Shown: piece by piece, positions 15,004 through 28,724 of the stretch
Position numbering within the stretch: the first letter of the stretch is position 1
How the letters are laid out: each line of letters begins with the position of its first letter
Origin: Rhizophagus irregularis
Lineage: Eukaryota
Reading direction: 5' to 3'
DNA: 64,000 bases
Assembly: GCF_026210795.1 (NCBI RefSeq)
Contig: NC_089433.1
Location: 2,046,001-2,110,000, forward strand
Made by a program: the position numbers and the translations under genes
Notes under the pieces: generated by a model
Database searches by the model: none
What the model saw: only the letters and a program-made list of their open reading frames with translations
What the model was told of the DNA's origin: nothing

Positions 15004-15859
15004 ATTGTGGCCGGCCCATAATTTTTCATCATATCATATTTCCTATTTTCCGCAATTTTTTTTTTCTTTGTTATATAAGCTATTCCCCTTTCGTATTATT
15101 GTCATTCGGACAATTCATCCGACTTTCATATATCATATTTTTTTTTATAATTTGTAAATACAGAAATTTTTAAAAAAAAAAAAATTTTTTTTTCTAATTT
15201 ATATATATTTTACTCCATTTTTACCATCTTTACCTTACATTCGGATGTTTATATATTATCACTAATTACTATTATTTTATTTTATTATTTTATTTTTTTA
15301 CATGAAACATAACGTAAATTTTTTTATAAGAGTCATTTTTTTTTTGCAAAATTATTTTTTTTCACGAAAAAAAAAATAATTTGCAAATTTACGGGAAAAA
15401 AAAATCTTTTACTTAAAATAGTAACAAGATTTTTTATTTTTTATAATTACTTATTATTTATTTTATTATATATTTATTTTATTTTTTTTTTTTTAGTTAG
15501 AAATTTTATTATATTTTTAACTAGAATTATTATGTTTAAAAAAAAATGAAAAAAAAACCATCATTTAAAGAAAGTAAAACAGAAAAAAAAAAAGAGAGGA
15601 GAACCTTTTTTTTTTTTTCAGTAGATATGCTCTTTTTTTAATATTATTTTTAATATTTATTTTATTTTTTTTTTAGTAATGAAAATGAAAAAAAAAAATA
15701 AATAAAAAAAAAACTATCGATCGATATTTAAAAATTAATTAATTATTTATAAGTTTTTAAAAGTGGTTTTTTTTTTAAATTTGTTTAAATTTGTCGAAAT
15801 ATTAATTTGTTTAATTTGTCGTATCAACTATCAGGTATTCGAAGTATTAAATTAAAATA

Positions 15860-16430
15860 TTTTTAACTTGTCTAATTTGTCCAATTTGCGAAATTTAAAT
15901 ATTTTAACTTGTCTAATTTGCGAAATTTAAATATTTTAACTTGTCTAATTTATCGAAATCTTATCGAAATATTTTAACTTGTCGAAATATTTTAATTTAA
16001 TTTATCGTTAATTTGTCGAAATATTATGTTTAACTTGTCGAAATATTTTAACTTGTCAATACATTTTAACTTGTTATTTTAACTTGTCAACATATTTTAA
16101 CTTGTCGAATATTTTAACTTGTCGAAATATTATATTTAATTTATCAAAATTTTAATTTATCAAAATATTTGTAACTTGTCGAAATATTATATTTAACTTG
16201 TCGAAATATTTTAACTTGCCAACATATTTTAACTTGTCGAAATATTACATTTAATTTATCAAAATATTTGTAACCTGTCGAAATATTATATTTAACTTGT
16301 CGAAATATTTTAACTTGCCAACATATTTATATTATATTTAACTTGTCAATACATTTTAACAACATACATTTTTAACTTGTCAATATATTTTAACATATTT
16401 CAATACATTTTAACTTGTCAATATATTTTA
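15860..16430. repeat. Degenerate minisatellite (TTTTAACTTGTCGAAATA-like units)
   Basis: More than 20 imperfect copies of a TTTAACTTGTC core. Confidence 0.85.
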
Positions 16431-17814
16431 AGACATATTGTAGAAATACTAATAAACTTTAAATACTATAAAAGATAATCTTGTAAATACCATATGTCCA
16501 TATCCATATCCATATATTAACGCGTAAAAAAAAAAAAAAAAAAAAATTTCATCATCTAAGGTTACGTCATTGACCCATTGCCCCATTGTCATCATTGTCA
16601 TCCTCACCCGCATTGTTACACTCTTTTGGGAAGAGCGGGATAAATTTGAAACTCTCGGTAAAGAAAAGGAATAGAAACTTTATTTCTATAGATGTACATT
16701 AATCTTATATTAAAAACATGTTATCCATTATAATTTTGTTTGTTACATCACGTTTATAACAAAGAAACACGATTACTCTTTTAATAACGTTAAAAAGATA
16801 AATTTATTATAAAAGAATTTCTTCTTGTAAACCAACTTTAAGGTTTTTTTTTTCATAGAAATCTTTTATTTACAAAGATATTGCATGATTAAATTTTTGG
16901 TAACAATCAATGAAAAAAATACAAAAGGTTTAAATTAAACTTGAATAGGAAATAAACGGAGAGCGGAGAAACAAAAGATTAATTTATGCAATTTATAACT
17001 ATATCAGGATTCTTTTTAAAGTGAGAAAACAGAAAGGGCCTTTTTTAAGATTAAAATATTCTTTTCATTAAAATGCGAGATAATTCAACTTTTACCTCTT
17101 CTCAAAAAAATATTTAATATTTTTTATTTACATCTTGTACTTGCGTTGCCTGTCACTGCAAAAGAAATATTTTTATGCATTTACATGAGACTTAATGTGG
17201 CATGGGTTAAAAATTGGCTGAATAATGGCTAAATCAGATTGCGTCACCAATATATGCAAGTGAGCGTGTTTTGGAAAAAAAAAAAAATTTTTTTATCGGA
17301 ACAGAAAGAAAAAATAACTGGAATAATTTGAAACAATGGTTCTGGGAAAACTAAAAATAAAAATGGGAATTAATTCTTGAATGAAACTATTTTAAAAAAT
17401 ATTTTGATATCCTTGTGAATATTTAGTTAGTTTAATGATTTTATTAAAATATAAAAATTTTGAAACTTAATTGGAAGGAACAAAATAATAATTTTTTTTT
17501 TTTTTTTTTTGAAACAATTATGTTACATGTTCTTATTGTTCCTCAAATGTTTTTTAATTCTTTCGATTAAAAAAGAAATTATTTTAAAGATAAAAAAAAA
17601 ACATGTTAATAAGTTATTACGCGTCAATGAAAATTTTTAGTTCTTCTTTCTATAAAGAAACTTTTTTAAAAAAAAAAAAAAAAAAAACTAATAACATTCT
17701 TTTTTGGGGTTTATAATAACTTTACTAAATTAAGTTATTTTATTATGTTATTCTGGGGTTAATGTGTATGTATGTATGTATAGTATATACTATGTAGTAT
17801 ATTAATTATTATTA

Positions 17815-17847
<33 letters not shown>

Positions 17848-18879
17848 TGTTTTTTTTTTTCAAGCACGAACCAATAACCATGATTAAAGATTTTAAAGAT
17901 TTTCAGCCAATCCACCTAAAATTCCATATTATATTGTTTTAATTTTATTTTATTTTATTTATTTTATTTTTTTTTTATAAAATAAAAAAAATAATATTTA
18001 ATAATGCATTACCCCAAAGTAATAAAGCATACATTAAATCGGTTGATGTATTTCCATGCGAAAATTTCGTGAAGAATATGCAATTATTAATCACAAATTT
18101 TTTTTCACCGAATATTTTTTATAAAAAACTTTATTACAAAAATAATCTGGGGTTGAAATTATTTATTTCATTTTTCAATCACATGATAAAATTAAATTTT
18201 TTATGTACTGTATGTATTACAAACACACAAAAATTTTAATTCTTTTTTTTTTTTTTTTTGAAAATACAGTGTTTTCTTATCATGAAAGAGTCATGATGAA
18301 GTGACATGATGAAGTGACATGATGATATAATGTAATATATATTCCAAACATACATTCAAAAAAGTTTCGAAAAAAGTTTCGATAGATATTTTGAAAATTC
18401 TAAAAAGTGTTGCTTCTTATATAATTGGAAATAACGATTGCACTGGAAATAACGATTTCAAAACGTTACTGCAAAACTGCAAAAAAAGATGCAAATTCGA
18501 CACATCCAAAGAAGTTTGGTAGTTTGAAAAGTCTAAGAAGGGTTGCTTCTTATATCACTGGAAGTGATTGCACTGGGAATAACGATTGCAAAACTTTACT
18601 GCAAAACTATAAAAAAAAAAATGCAATTTCCCAAATTCTTTTGGTTCTGCGAATTTCTACTTCTTGCTAGTTTGGTAATTCCAACCGATTTAGTTTTAAA
18701 TTATTTTTTTGGTTTCAGTATTTTGAAATTTATTATTATTGTCGTTATCATTTTTAAAAATTATTTTTTATTTAAAAAAATCATTTTGGCTTACATAGTA
18801 CTGGAAATTTCGGCGGTGAACTATTATCAAAGATGAGCTTCTCCGTGGGTACATATCTTTGACCCGGACGTCGGATTAC

Positions 18880-19311
18880 CGAACGTTGGATTAACTCGGA
18901 CGTTTGATTAACTCGAACGTTGGATGAACTCGAACGTTGGATTAGCTCGAACGTTGGATGAACTCGAACGTTGGATTAGCTCGAACGTTGGATGAACTCG
19001 AACGTTGGATTAGCTCGAACGTTGGATAAACTCGACTCGAACGTTGGATTAGCTCGAACGTTTGATTAACTCGAACGTTGGATGAACTCGAACGTTGGAT
19101 TAGCTCGAACGTCGGATTAACTCGAACGTTGGATTAGCTCGAACGTTTGATTAGCTCGAACGTTGGATTAGCTCGAACGTTGGATTAACTCGAACGTTGG
19201 ATTAACTCGAACGTTGGATTGACTCGAACGTTGGATTGACTCGAACGTTGGATTGACTCGAACGTTGGATTGACTCGAACGTTGGATTGACTCGACTCGA
19301 ACGTTGGATTA
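18880..19311. repeat. 17-bp tandem array (CGAACGTTGGATTAACT)
   Basis: About 25 near-identical units, each with a near-palindromic TCGAACGTTGGA core. Confidence 0.95.
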
Positions 19312-19762
19312 CCTCTCACTTAACCATTTGGGCTTGACCTTCATTTTTTTCTATAGCGAGGGGTAGTCGGTATGAGAGGGGGGAAGCTCTCGACTCTCCA
19401 GGATATGCAAGAATATAGTCTTTGAGCATGTTATTCTCTTATTATTATATTTTATCCTATTGGTTCACTTGTTTCTACTGGTTCGCTGGCTTCTACTGGT
19501 CTATTATCACGTTATATACAGCACGTGTTAAATCCAATCGACAAGTATTACACCATTGTCTCGCGAAAGGTATAAGCATTAAAGAAATGAGGTTGATGTG
19601 TGATGTAATATATTTAATTTTTCTGAGGTAAAATCCTTTCTTTACATCTTATAATACGTGAAGTTGTGCCCATTCAAAAAACTTGGAGACATCGAAACAA
19701 ATCATTGACATCATTGTATTGATATGTGTCTTCACGATGTCTTTTAACAATTAAAAGTTCTA

Positions 19763-19895
19763 ATATTGGATTATGTTTTTATTATATTGGATTATTTTTT
19801 ATTATATTGGATTATGTTTTTATTATATTGGATTATTTTTTATTATATTGGATTATTTTTTATTATATTGGATTATTTTTTATTATATTGGATTG
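19763..19895. repeat. 20-21 bp tandem repeat (TTATTATATTGGATTATTTTT)
   Basis: About 6 copies visible; explains the spurious ORF at 19726..19980. Confidence 0.9.
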
Positions 19896-21200
19896 GATTT
19901 TATTTAGTATAGTGAACCAAATTTTCTTTATTTTTCTGTCCACCAAATTTCGTATCATCGTACAATTATTAATACTGTAAGTGAATGTTGATTAATAAAG
20001 TGGAAGATTTATTCGGAAAAAAATTTAAAGTTACCTCTTCGGTAATATGATTTCAAAATTGATATTCCAGAAATAGTTTTTTTTTTACATTTAGCTTTTA
20101 ATTATTCGGTTAAAATAATTTAATTTTATATTATTAATTTTCAAAAAATTTTTTGTCACATTTTAGTAAGACCTTTATTAGTGAATCCTTTATCCTTTTA
20201 TCCGCTTTGTGCAATAATGCAATAAAGCGAGAATTCTAATAAATTTCAATTTCAACTTATTATTAATGCTCTTACAGTAATTATCGTTATTCAATAAGTA
20301 TTGATTAATGTATGTGCAGATAATATTGCTAAACCGGATTCTTATCATTAATGGAGACGCAATTAAATTTACTTCTCTTTTTTTTTGTAATTAAAAGGTG
20401 AGGGTAATGCTTTGTTAATTATTCTTCCATAATAATATGCTTTTAAGTTTTAATATCACCAAAATTCTCATTATCTATTTTCTAATCCTAACAGAATTAT
20501 GTAATTTCATAAAGTACAAGATAAACATCACCATCCCTATAAAAAATTTTCTGGAAAAACTCCGATGAATGACCATTTTTCATTTTTCTGGTTTTTACTC
20601 CAGAAAAACTCAGACATGTGATCAATTTTCTAAAAAATTTTTTATAGAGCATTATAGTTAAGACTAGACAAAATTCAATAATCAAAATCTGGTCAATTAA
20701 AGATCGAAAATCGAATTAGTTGAATTCCTCGTTTTTGATGATAAAGTTAAGTTGGATTATATTTAACTCCATTTTTTAAATTGTTTTCATCTCTCCACTG
20801 ATAAATAGAGAAATTAAATTGTATTATATTTTCTATATTTCCGATATTTTTAACGCCATTATAAAAAAATTGTATCGTAAAAAATAATAATAATAAAATT
20901 TTGTTAATTTAATTCAGTTGTCATAAAGCACAGTACATGCGAAATTTCAGAATTTAAAAAGTTAATGCCAATTATGTGTCAAATAACATCACATGATTTA
21001 AATTGATCGAAAAAAAAAAAATTCTCTCAAATTCAAAAATGCCATCAGTCACAATATCTTTAAAATCCGAATTTCATAAATACTAGCTCTCAATAATTGA
21101 GAAAGCCTTTTATATTCATAATTCGATGAAGATATCATAATTATTCCGATAACTTTGAATACAAAATCCTGAAAAAATTTTTTTTTATATTATTGATTTA

Positions 21201-21380
21201 ATTACATCAAAATTATCGAGAATCAATGGGATCTCGCGTCCTTTCACTATGGCTTCACAATATAGGGAGGTTGAATTTTGTGTATCTTGATCGAAAATTG
21301 AGCGACCAATTTACCAACATCGCCACGTAACTTAGGGGAAATTTGGAACAACTGTCCGAAGAGATTAAAAAAAATTTTTT
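21201..21380 (+). pseudogene. Eroded HMG-box fragment
   Basis: RINGISRP..QYR followed, with frameshifts, by QFTNIAT*LGEIW-QLSEEIKK, which matches the HMG helix 2-3 pattern (IAxxLGExWxxLSEExK). Confidence 0.45.
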
Positions 21381-22382
21381 TTATATATAAGTTAAAATGC
21401 GAAATTTTAATAAATTATTAATTTAATGAATTTAATGGAAATTTTTATAATTTGTGAAAATTACAAAAGTAATGAAATATTAAAATTGATTTCAAAAAAG
21501 AATTGAATAAAATTGATAACTATTTTAATTTTAATTTTTTAAATGATATTTAATAATTTATTTATTTTACGTTTTATTTTGATATTTTAAATTTCAGTTA
21601 ATAACGATAAGTTTTGGGATTTTTAACTTTTTCGGGATTATAAAGTTCGGGATTATGATGATTTTTAAATTTTGTATTTCGGAGATTAAGTAGTAGCAAT
21701 TTGGGGAATCCTGAATCGATAACGACCAAAAATCGAGAATTGAGATTTCGGAATTATTGATTCAGTTTTTCAGGATAATGCACGTTGAACAAATTCCTAT
21801 ATGGAGAATTTAACAGAACGTCTATAAAATGTACGTAACTCGAATACATTCTTCAATAATTTGTAACAAAACAAAGCCACAAAATTATTAATAGTGAAAC
21901 CATTATACAGGGTAATCAGTTTAAACGTTAAATCATAGCCCTAATTCTAGTCCAGAGCGAAAAAACATTTAAATATTATTGGCTTTCGCGCTCGGTACAA
22001 ATTTCTTCTTAAGAATGGGCTTTATCGATCTGAGTTTTGGACAGTTTTGGACATGTCCAAAATTATCCAAATATCCAAAACTGTCCCAAAAGTTTGAGTT
22101 TTGAACTGTTCGAACTATTTATTATAACCCAGTTTTTCTGATTATTAAACATAATTTATATCTCTTTTTTTTTATTTTTTATAATTTATAAGACTATATT
22201 TATAGTCAGTGTTGGATATTGGACATGTTTAATTGGTTTTTTAATGCTGTCCAAAATTGAAATATTATGAAGATAGAGTACAGAATTTCGTTGAACTTAC
22301 CATTAATATGGGATTTAATAATAATTCTGGCCAAAATACCCATTGGAAAGAAGTGTTTCAGGAATATTTTTTCATGAGCGTC

Positions 22383-23582
22383 CTTATCCTAGACCCCCGG
22401 GGTTCAGGCTTTCTTATCCTAGACCCTCCTTAAATATGATTGGTTTAATCAGCCACCGAAATCCATTGGACAAGACTTATTTTTGCATAACATTTATCTT
22501 AGAAAATTTTTCACGATGTATACACGCGTAACAACCATAACATTCATCTTAGAAAAATTTTCATAAATTTTTTTATAATATATACATTAATACGCGCGTA
22601 ACATTTTTATCAGCATAAATTTTTTTTTATAATATATACATTAATACGCGCGTAACATTTTTATCTTAGAAATTTTCATAAATTTTTTTATAATACTTAT
22701 ACGCTAATACGCGCGTAACATTTATAGAAATTTTTCGAGATTTTTAAATTAATTTTTTTATTAAAGCAATATTTCACAACGAGATACGAAGTATGAGCAT
22801 TTTTCTTGGAATATTTTATGACAAAAAATTAAACTAAACCAAATATTAGAAATGTTTATCAAATATTTGACAGCTGGGTAAAGAATTATCTATTATATTA
22901 TTATTTATTCTCTCCTTACAAAATAACCTTGTATTAAAAAAAATACCATTATTAATTATTAAAGTGAAAATATTTCACAAATTTCCATTGAAATTTTGTA
23001 AATACGAGTATTCAAACAATTTTATTTTCAACATACCAACCAAAGCCAATTAATTTAATTAGAATGCTAAAATTATACCATGAAAATCTACAAAAAGCAT
23101 GTTAGTAAAATCACAAACTTTAGTTGAAAGAATACCATTCGCTTAACCAACGTTTCTCTTCATTCATAGTTTCAAACAATACATACTGTAATAATTTAAT
23201 CCAAAACTCAAAGAAACCAGAATAAACTTACCTATTGCAAGTGTTAAAGCGTAATTATTAGAGAAAGAACACTTTGTATTTATTAGATTTAAAATTTTTG
23301 ATAAAAAAGATTTTTTATTGTTCTAATAAACACTATTATGAAAATAATGGTAATAAAAAAATATTTATTATAAAAAAAAAGAAAAATAATTTGTGTAGAA
23401 AAAAATAATATAAAGAAAAAAACCAAATGAAAGAGCAGCGTTTATTTCGTGTGAAAAAAAAAAAATGGTGGTAAATAAACAAATGAGGCTGATAATGATC
23501 AGCTGTGCCACAAGGTCTAAGATAAGAGGTCTGGACTCCCAGGTCTAGGATAAGAAGCCTAAACCCCCCGGTCTAGGTTAAG
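22383..23582. mobile_element. Non-autonomous TIR element
   Basis: About 42-bp imperfect inverted termini (CTTATCCTAGACCCCCGGGGTTCAGGCTTTCTTATCCTAGACC vs reverse complement at 23542-23582); internal short direct repeats (TAATACGCGCGTAACATTT) at 22590-22725. Confidence 0.6.
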
Positions 23583-25061
23583 TTTTCTCTTAAATCAAAA
23601 TTAAGTTAAAAAATGATAAAAAATTAATCTCTACATCCAGCCGAAACTATAATATAAAGTCTTTGGAGTTTCGGATGGATTTCTGGATAGTTTTTAATAA
23701 TTTATTATAATGAAATTACTGAAGTCCGAAACACTGTCCAGCTTTTTTCATATATTTTATTTAAGCATGATATAAAAAGGTGTTTATTGTGTGATACGTT
23801 GCACGCACGTGTGTGCCATTGTCTATTGTAAGTTATATATTATAATTTATTATAATTTTATAAAAAGGCGCGTGAGAATATTTGGTTTTTTTTTTTATAA
23901 AATTTTTCAAATTTTAAAAATTTTAAATTTTAAGAAAAAAAAATCAAAAAAAATAATTTATTATTTTATTTTATATTTATTTTGCGTTAGCGATACCCTT
24001 GATCCGCCATCACCACCATCAAATATATATTATATATATATAATAAATAAAGATTTTAGAAGATTTACTTAATCATATCATTATATATTAAAAAAAAAAA
24101 TCTTTTTTAAAAACTATTACGTATTTTGCGGACACAGTACCCCTCCTATGTATAGTATCCTCCATTTTTTCCCTGAAAAAAAGTTCCTTTTTCTATCGAT
24201 CTTATTATTTAGAGAATCTAATTTTGCCCAGAAATTGCACAAAATACATAATAAAAATCAGCATGACAATTGTTACCGAATAATGACGGTAATTAAGGGA
24301 CGAATGGCGGATGACTTATATCGTATAACTACACGAATACCAACAAAATTCTTACTCAATACTACCTATCCAAGGTACTTCCGGTATTGTTCGTTAAGAA
24401 TCGTCAAGGTAAACACTATAAATACGATAAATGAAAATACGCAATGGTTATAACAACAACTGTTATATGACTGTTAGAAACAACGTGTAATATTGACCAA
24501 ATATAACGATTTTATTAAACAGGTGTAAATTCGGATCTTTACAACAAAGTGATAAAAAGTGACAGAAAGGGATAGGAAATATATCTTAAAGATATTTAAC
24601 GACAAAATAACTACAGAAAAATAGCTATATGGTAACTACCCTATCAAAGAGTTGGCGGAAGGTGTATTTATATCTTATTTTATCTAACCGTCATCTCTTT
24701 TTCCTGTCATCAAGGCAAAATCTAATCTATAGATGTCTATTGATGGGTTATTGATTTCGTAATATATCAATACAATTACAATACGATTATAAGCCATTTT
24801 TAATAAAGTACAAATGATAATTTTAGACGGTTAATTACTATTGAGCTAATTTCCCTACAATAACTTCTAATAAAATCTTATATATAAACAATACAAATAA
24901 AGAAAATAAATAATATAAATAAATTATCTAAATAAAATAAAATAACTATAAAAACGATATATAAGTAAATCTATCAAACAAAATCAATATCTTTAATATA
25001 GTTAACCGATATACACAAATCATATATCGGCGTAAATCGTCTCATAACACCGGAAATCGAC

Positions 25062-25802
25062 ATGTACACAAATGTACCGAATTTCATCGGATCACCATAT
25101 AATATCGGAAATCACATGCGCAAAAATTCGCGTAACACAATACAAGGTCAATCCCCCAAAATTTGGTATGGATTACGGCGGTCCATAATAGACGGTATTC
25201 TCTCGGTAGAAAATATGACCATCGAAGAATTTATCAAGCTTGAGACACAAATACTTACTCTCGATGTCGAATACTTGATAAATAATTCCAACAAAACTCG
25301 GAATGCCCGAAGAAACGCAAAAAAAGGTATCAAGAGAGCTCCTCGTCCACAAAATTCATTTGTGATATACAGAAGAAACAAAAACGCCGAATTATTTAAC
25401 GTTAAGAGGGAAGAACGTAAAAGATTACCCGAATTTTCCGAAATTTCGAAAGATATTGCCGACAGTTGGAGTAAAGAATCCGATGATGTAAAAAAGTTTT
25501 TTAAAATTATGGCAAGAATGGCAGAAAGGCTTCACTCAATAAAATATCCTTACTATAAATACCAACCAGGACCAATAAAAACTAAACAGAAAAAACAGAA
25601 AAACAATCCATCAGAAGAAACGGTCGATCATGTTAATATTAATCAACCGGCCAATCTAGTAGATAACTTGTTTTTCAACGACGACTTGCCTTCCTTGATG
25701 GACCAGTCATACAATTACTATGGAAATCTTCAAGAATCGGAATCGGAATGGGATTTTAACCAATTCCTTAATCGCGATGATTGTGAGTCTCAAAATTATT
25801 GA
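25062..25802 (+). CDS. MATA_HMG-type HMG-box transcription factor, 246 aa, single exon
   Basis: RAPRPQNSFVIYRR..FSEISKDIADSWSKESDDVKKFFKIMARMAERLHSIKYPYYKYQP is a canonical MATA_HMG/SOX-like box with its YPxYKYxP tail; acidic C-terminus. Confidence 0.95.
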   Translation: MYTNVPNFIGSPYNIGNHMRKNSRNTIQGQSPKIWYGLRRSIIDGILSVENMTIEEFIKLETQILTLDVEYLINNSNKTRNARRNAKKGIKRAPRPQNSFVIYRRNKNAELFNVKREERKRLPEFSEISKDIADSWSKESDDVKKFFKIMARMAERLHSIKYPYYKYQPGPIKTKQKKQKNNPSEETVDHVNINQPANLVDNLFFNDDLPSLMDQSYNYYGNLQESESEWDFNQFLNRDDCESQNY

Positions 25803-27200
25803 AATTGATAATTTTCATATAGTTTCGTACAAAACACAAAAAAAAACCCCCAAAAAAAATTCATACTATATGAAAATTTTTATCAATTTCTCTTCAGTTC
25901 TCAAATTTAAATCACATTTCTGTTTATTACTTTTTAGTAAATATTAAGATATTTATTCATTTATTCTTTCCTCAGATGGGAGTTTTTCGGGGAATATTAG
26001 AATTATTTGTTATTTTTTTTTTTTAAATTTAGAAATCATTTGTTATATTTTTTTTCTTAAATCAAGAATTATTTATTAACTTTTTCTTTCAAATTGTGAG
26101 TAAAGTATTTTTATTATTTTTCTCAAATGATAGATAAATGGATACGCTCTTTTTTAGTAATAATATTAGTTAAGGAAACACGTCTTTTTTAGTAATAATT
26201 ATAAATATAGTAATGTTACAATGTAAGTTTTACGCCACAACAGATATATGCTACCTACATAGTAATTTGGATTCTATGATATAAACTATATGCCAAACAT
26301 ATGTTTTTTTTTATGAAATTATTTTTTTATTTGACATAAGAATTAAAATAAATTTTATAGATATCTGTACTTTTTTTTGGGATGCATAAGAAAAATTAAA
26401 CGAATTTAAAAATTGTTTTTATTAAAATACATTTTTCTCAAAATGTGGTTAGTATAAGAATAAATCGGGTAATTTTTTTTTGTTATTAACGATCTGTTTT
26501 CGATAGAATTGTTTTAGAAAGAAAAAAATATTTATTATTTACTCACAAGAAATCGTATTAAAAAAAAATTCGCACAATCAACAAAAAACTTCAGTTATTT
26601 CAGGAAATTCTTAAAATATTTAAAACCATTATATGGTAAACCCTCGCTATAATGAACCTCATGGGCTGAAAATTTAAAATTCACTATAGTAAGGGAATTC
26701 ACTAATTACATATAGTGAATAAAGATAAGATTTTCGCTATACTGTACTGGCAAAAGATGATGTAATTCAATTTTCTACATTTCTATAAATTTATTCCTTC
26801 CATAAGTACAACGCTCTGGAAGTTTATTGTCATGTTACTTTTATATCCTATGTAAATATATCAATATTATTTTTATTTCTGAGAGAACTAATCTTTGGGA
26901 AGAATCATTTATTGATGATATGTATATGGTTTATATACAATTTTGTAGAATTTTTATTGCTTATATTAAAACAAAGAATAATTATGTGCCTATTGTTTAG
27001 GTAAAGTTAGTATGGTTTTTTTACAACAAAGATAGAAAAATAAAATAAAATAGACAAATAAATGAAAATAAATACATAATAGAAAGTAGGATAAAAAAAT
27101 GGTACAAAAATCTAGCATATTCTAAAAACAAAATCGTTCATTTCGTTTAATTAAAGATTCCTGATACCTGAAAATTCCTTGTTAGGGAATATTCGATGTG

Positions 27201-27213
27201 AAAAAAAAAAAAA
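27201..27213 (-). terminator. Pol III oligo-T terminator of the 5S gene
   Basis: Run of 13-14 T on the minus strand immediately after the 5S 3' end. Confidence 0.85.
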
Positions 27214-27331
27214 AGTTACAGCACCCAGTATTCCCACGTTGTCCCCAACCGTAGTACTGACTGGGCCATCAGTGGCTTAACTTCGGAGATCGGACGGGTT
27301 CCGGTGCTTTTCACTGTGTATGGCCGTAACT
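27214..27331 (-). rRNA. 5S rRNA gene (single dispersed copy)
   Basis: Minus strand reads AGTTACGGCCATAC..CCCGTCCGATCTCCGAAGTTAAGC..AGTACTACGGTTGGGGACAACGTGGGAATACTGGGTGCTGTAACT (~118 nt). It has 5S signature motifs and a 5'/3' terminal helix. Confidence 0.95.
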
Positions 27332-28724
27332 GAAAGAGAATTTAATATTTATTTAAATTATAAATTTTTGAATTCGAGTACGCAGAAGAATTCCAATCTG
27401 TTGTTCTTTAAATTAGTTGACCTGCTGCGGAAATAAAATTGTCGTGTCCAAATAACTCATCGGTGAGCGGAACTGTTATTTATATATAAGAGTTAATCAA
27501 TTTTCCAAGTTTTTCCATTTTTTTATGTCGCGTAAACAAAAAATCATTATCAACCAACCGTATTTTTATCCAAGTTGTTTCGAATATATTAAAGAGTCCC
27601 TTATTACTTTTCTTTTGCTTTGAATGTCGTATCAAAAGTTGAAGTGAATAATAAAAATCATCTTTAACTAATGAAGGAAATTCATATTATCAACTTTATT
27701 GCAATATAATGTACTTTACTTTATCTTACTAAAAAGAAGTATAATTGAAAAAATGATGTTAATATATTCTTTTTTGAAACTATATTTCGAATCTTATTAA
27801 ATGGATATTTATTGTATGTTTATTTACGCATTTAAGACTCACGAAAATTTTTTGAATATTAAAATTTTTTTCTACAATTTATTATTATTATTATATCGAG
27901 AAATTTATTTAATAAAATTCTAAAAACTTCTTTTTTTTTTCTAATATAAAACGTTCAGATACTTTGAATCTTAATTTTATTTTTTTTTAAAAAAAAAATT
28001 ATTTTATTCACGCTAAAGTAAAAACTATATATATAATATATACTAAAATCATCTTTACTTTCGAAACATATTTTACGTATCATTAAAGTACTGAATGCCA
28101 ATACAAACCAAGCGACTGTGGCGCATATGACATTAACAAATACGAAATGCCTTATTGCCTTTGTCAGTTTTAGTGTGAAAAGCAATTTGAGCTTGATGTA
28201 TGCATGGAAAACCGGAGGATACATATATAAAGTGTTTGTGTTTACTAGTGCGCATTGTTGCAGTGAGACAACCAAGTACTTTAAAGACAAAACCGTTCAA
28301 CGCAAAAAAAAAGAATCAGAGTAGAGGAACAATTAAGAAACGATGGCATGTATAACATCAGATGCCAAAAAATAAAGTGATAACTAGATAAACATCTGGA
28401 TTCATGTGTTAGTTCAAGGGATTACCATTTTATTAATAATATGTAATATTTTATGTACTAATACTTTAAAATAAATTTAAATATAATAATATTTTGTCTA
28501 AAGTATATAATGTACCGATTCTTTGTCTAAAGTGTAAAAATCTAAAACGTAACAATACTTTGTCTAAAATAAAATCTAGAATATAACAATATAACAAATG
28601 TAATGTAAATAAACAACACAACGAAAAATGAATGAATAATATGATTGTTCACTTATACTACATCGCCGATCAATTTTGGAAAGTGAATTGGGGAGTAATT
28701 GTCTTCATCATGATTAATCATATC

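Noticed and set aside
25062..25802. Naming the HMG gene sexM/sexP or MAT1-2-1
   Set aside because: No flanking triose-phosphate transporter/RNA helicase or APN2/SLA2 genes, and the family is highly expanded in AM fungi, so orthology cannot be judged by eye.
28085..28330. GC-richer segment with short ORFs and a Cys-rich frame broken by stops, between the 5S and precursor genes
   Set aside because: No consistent gene model or recognisable motif; at most an unidentifiable pseudogene fragment.
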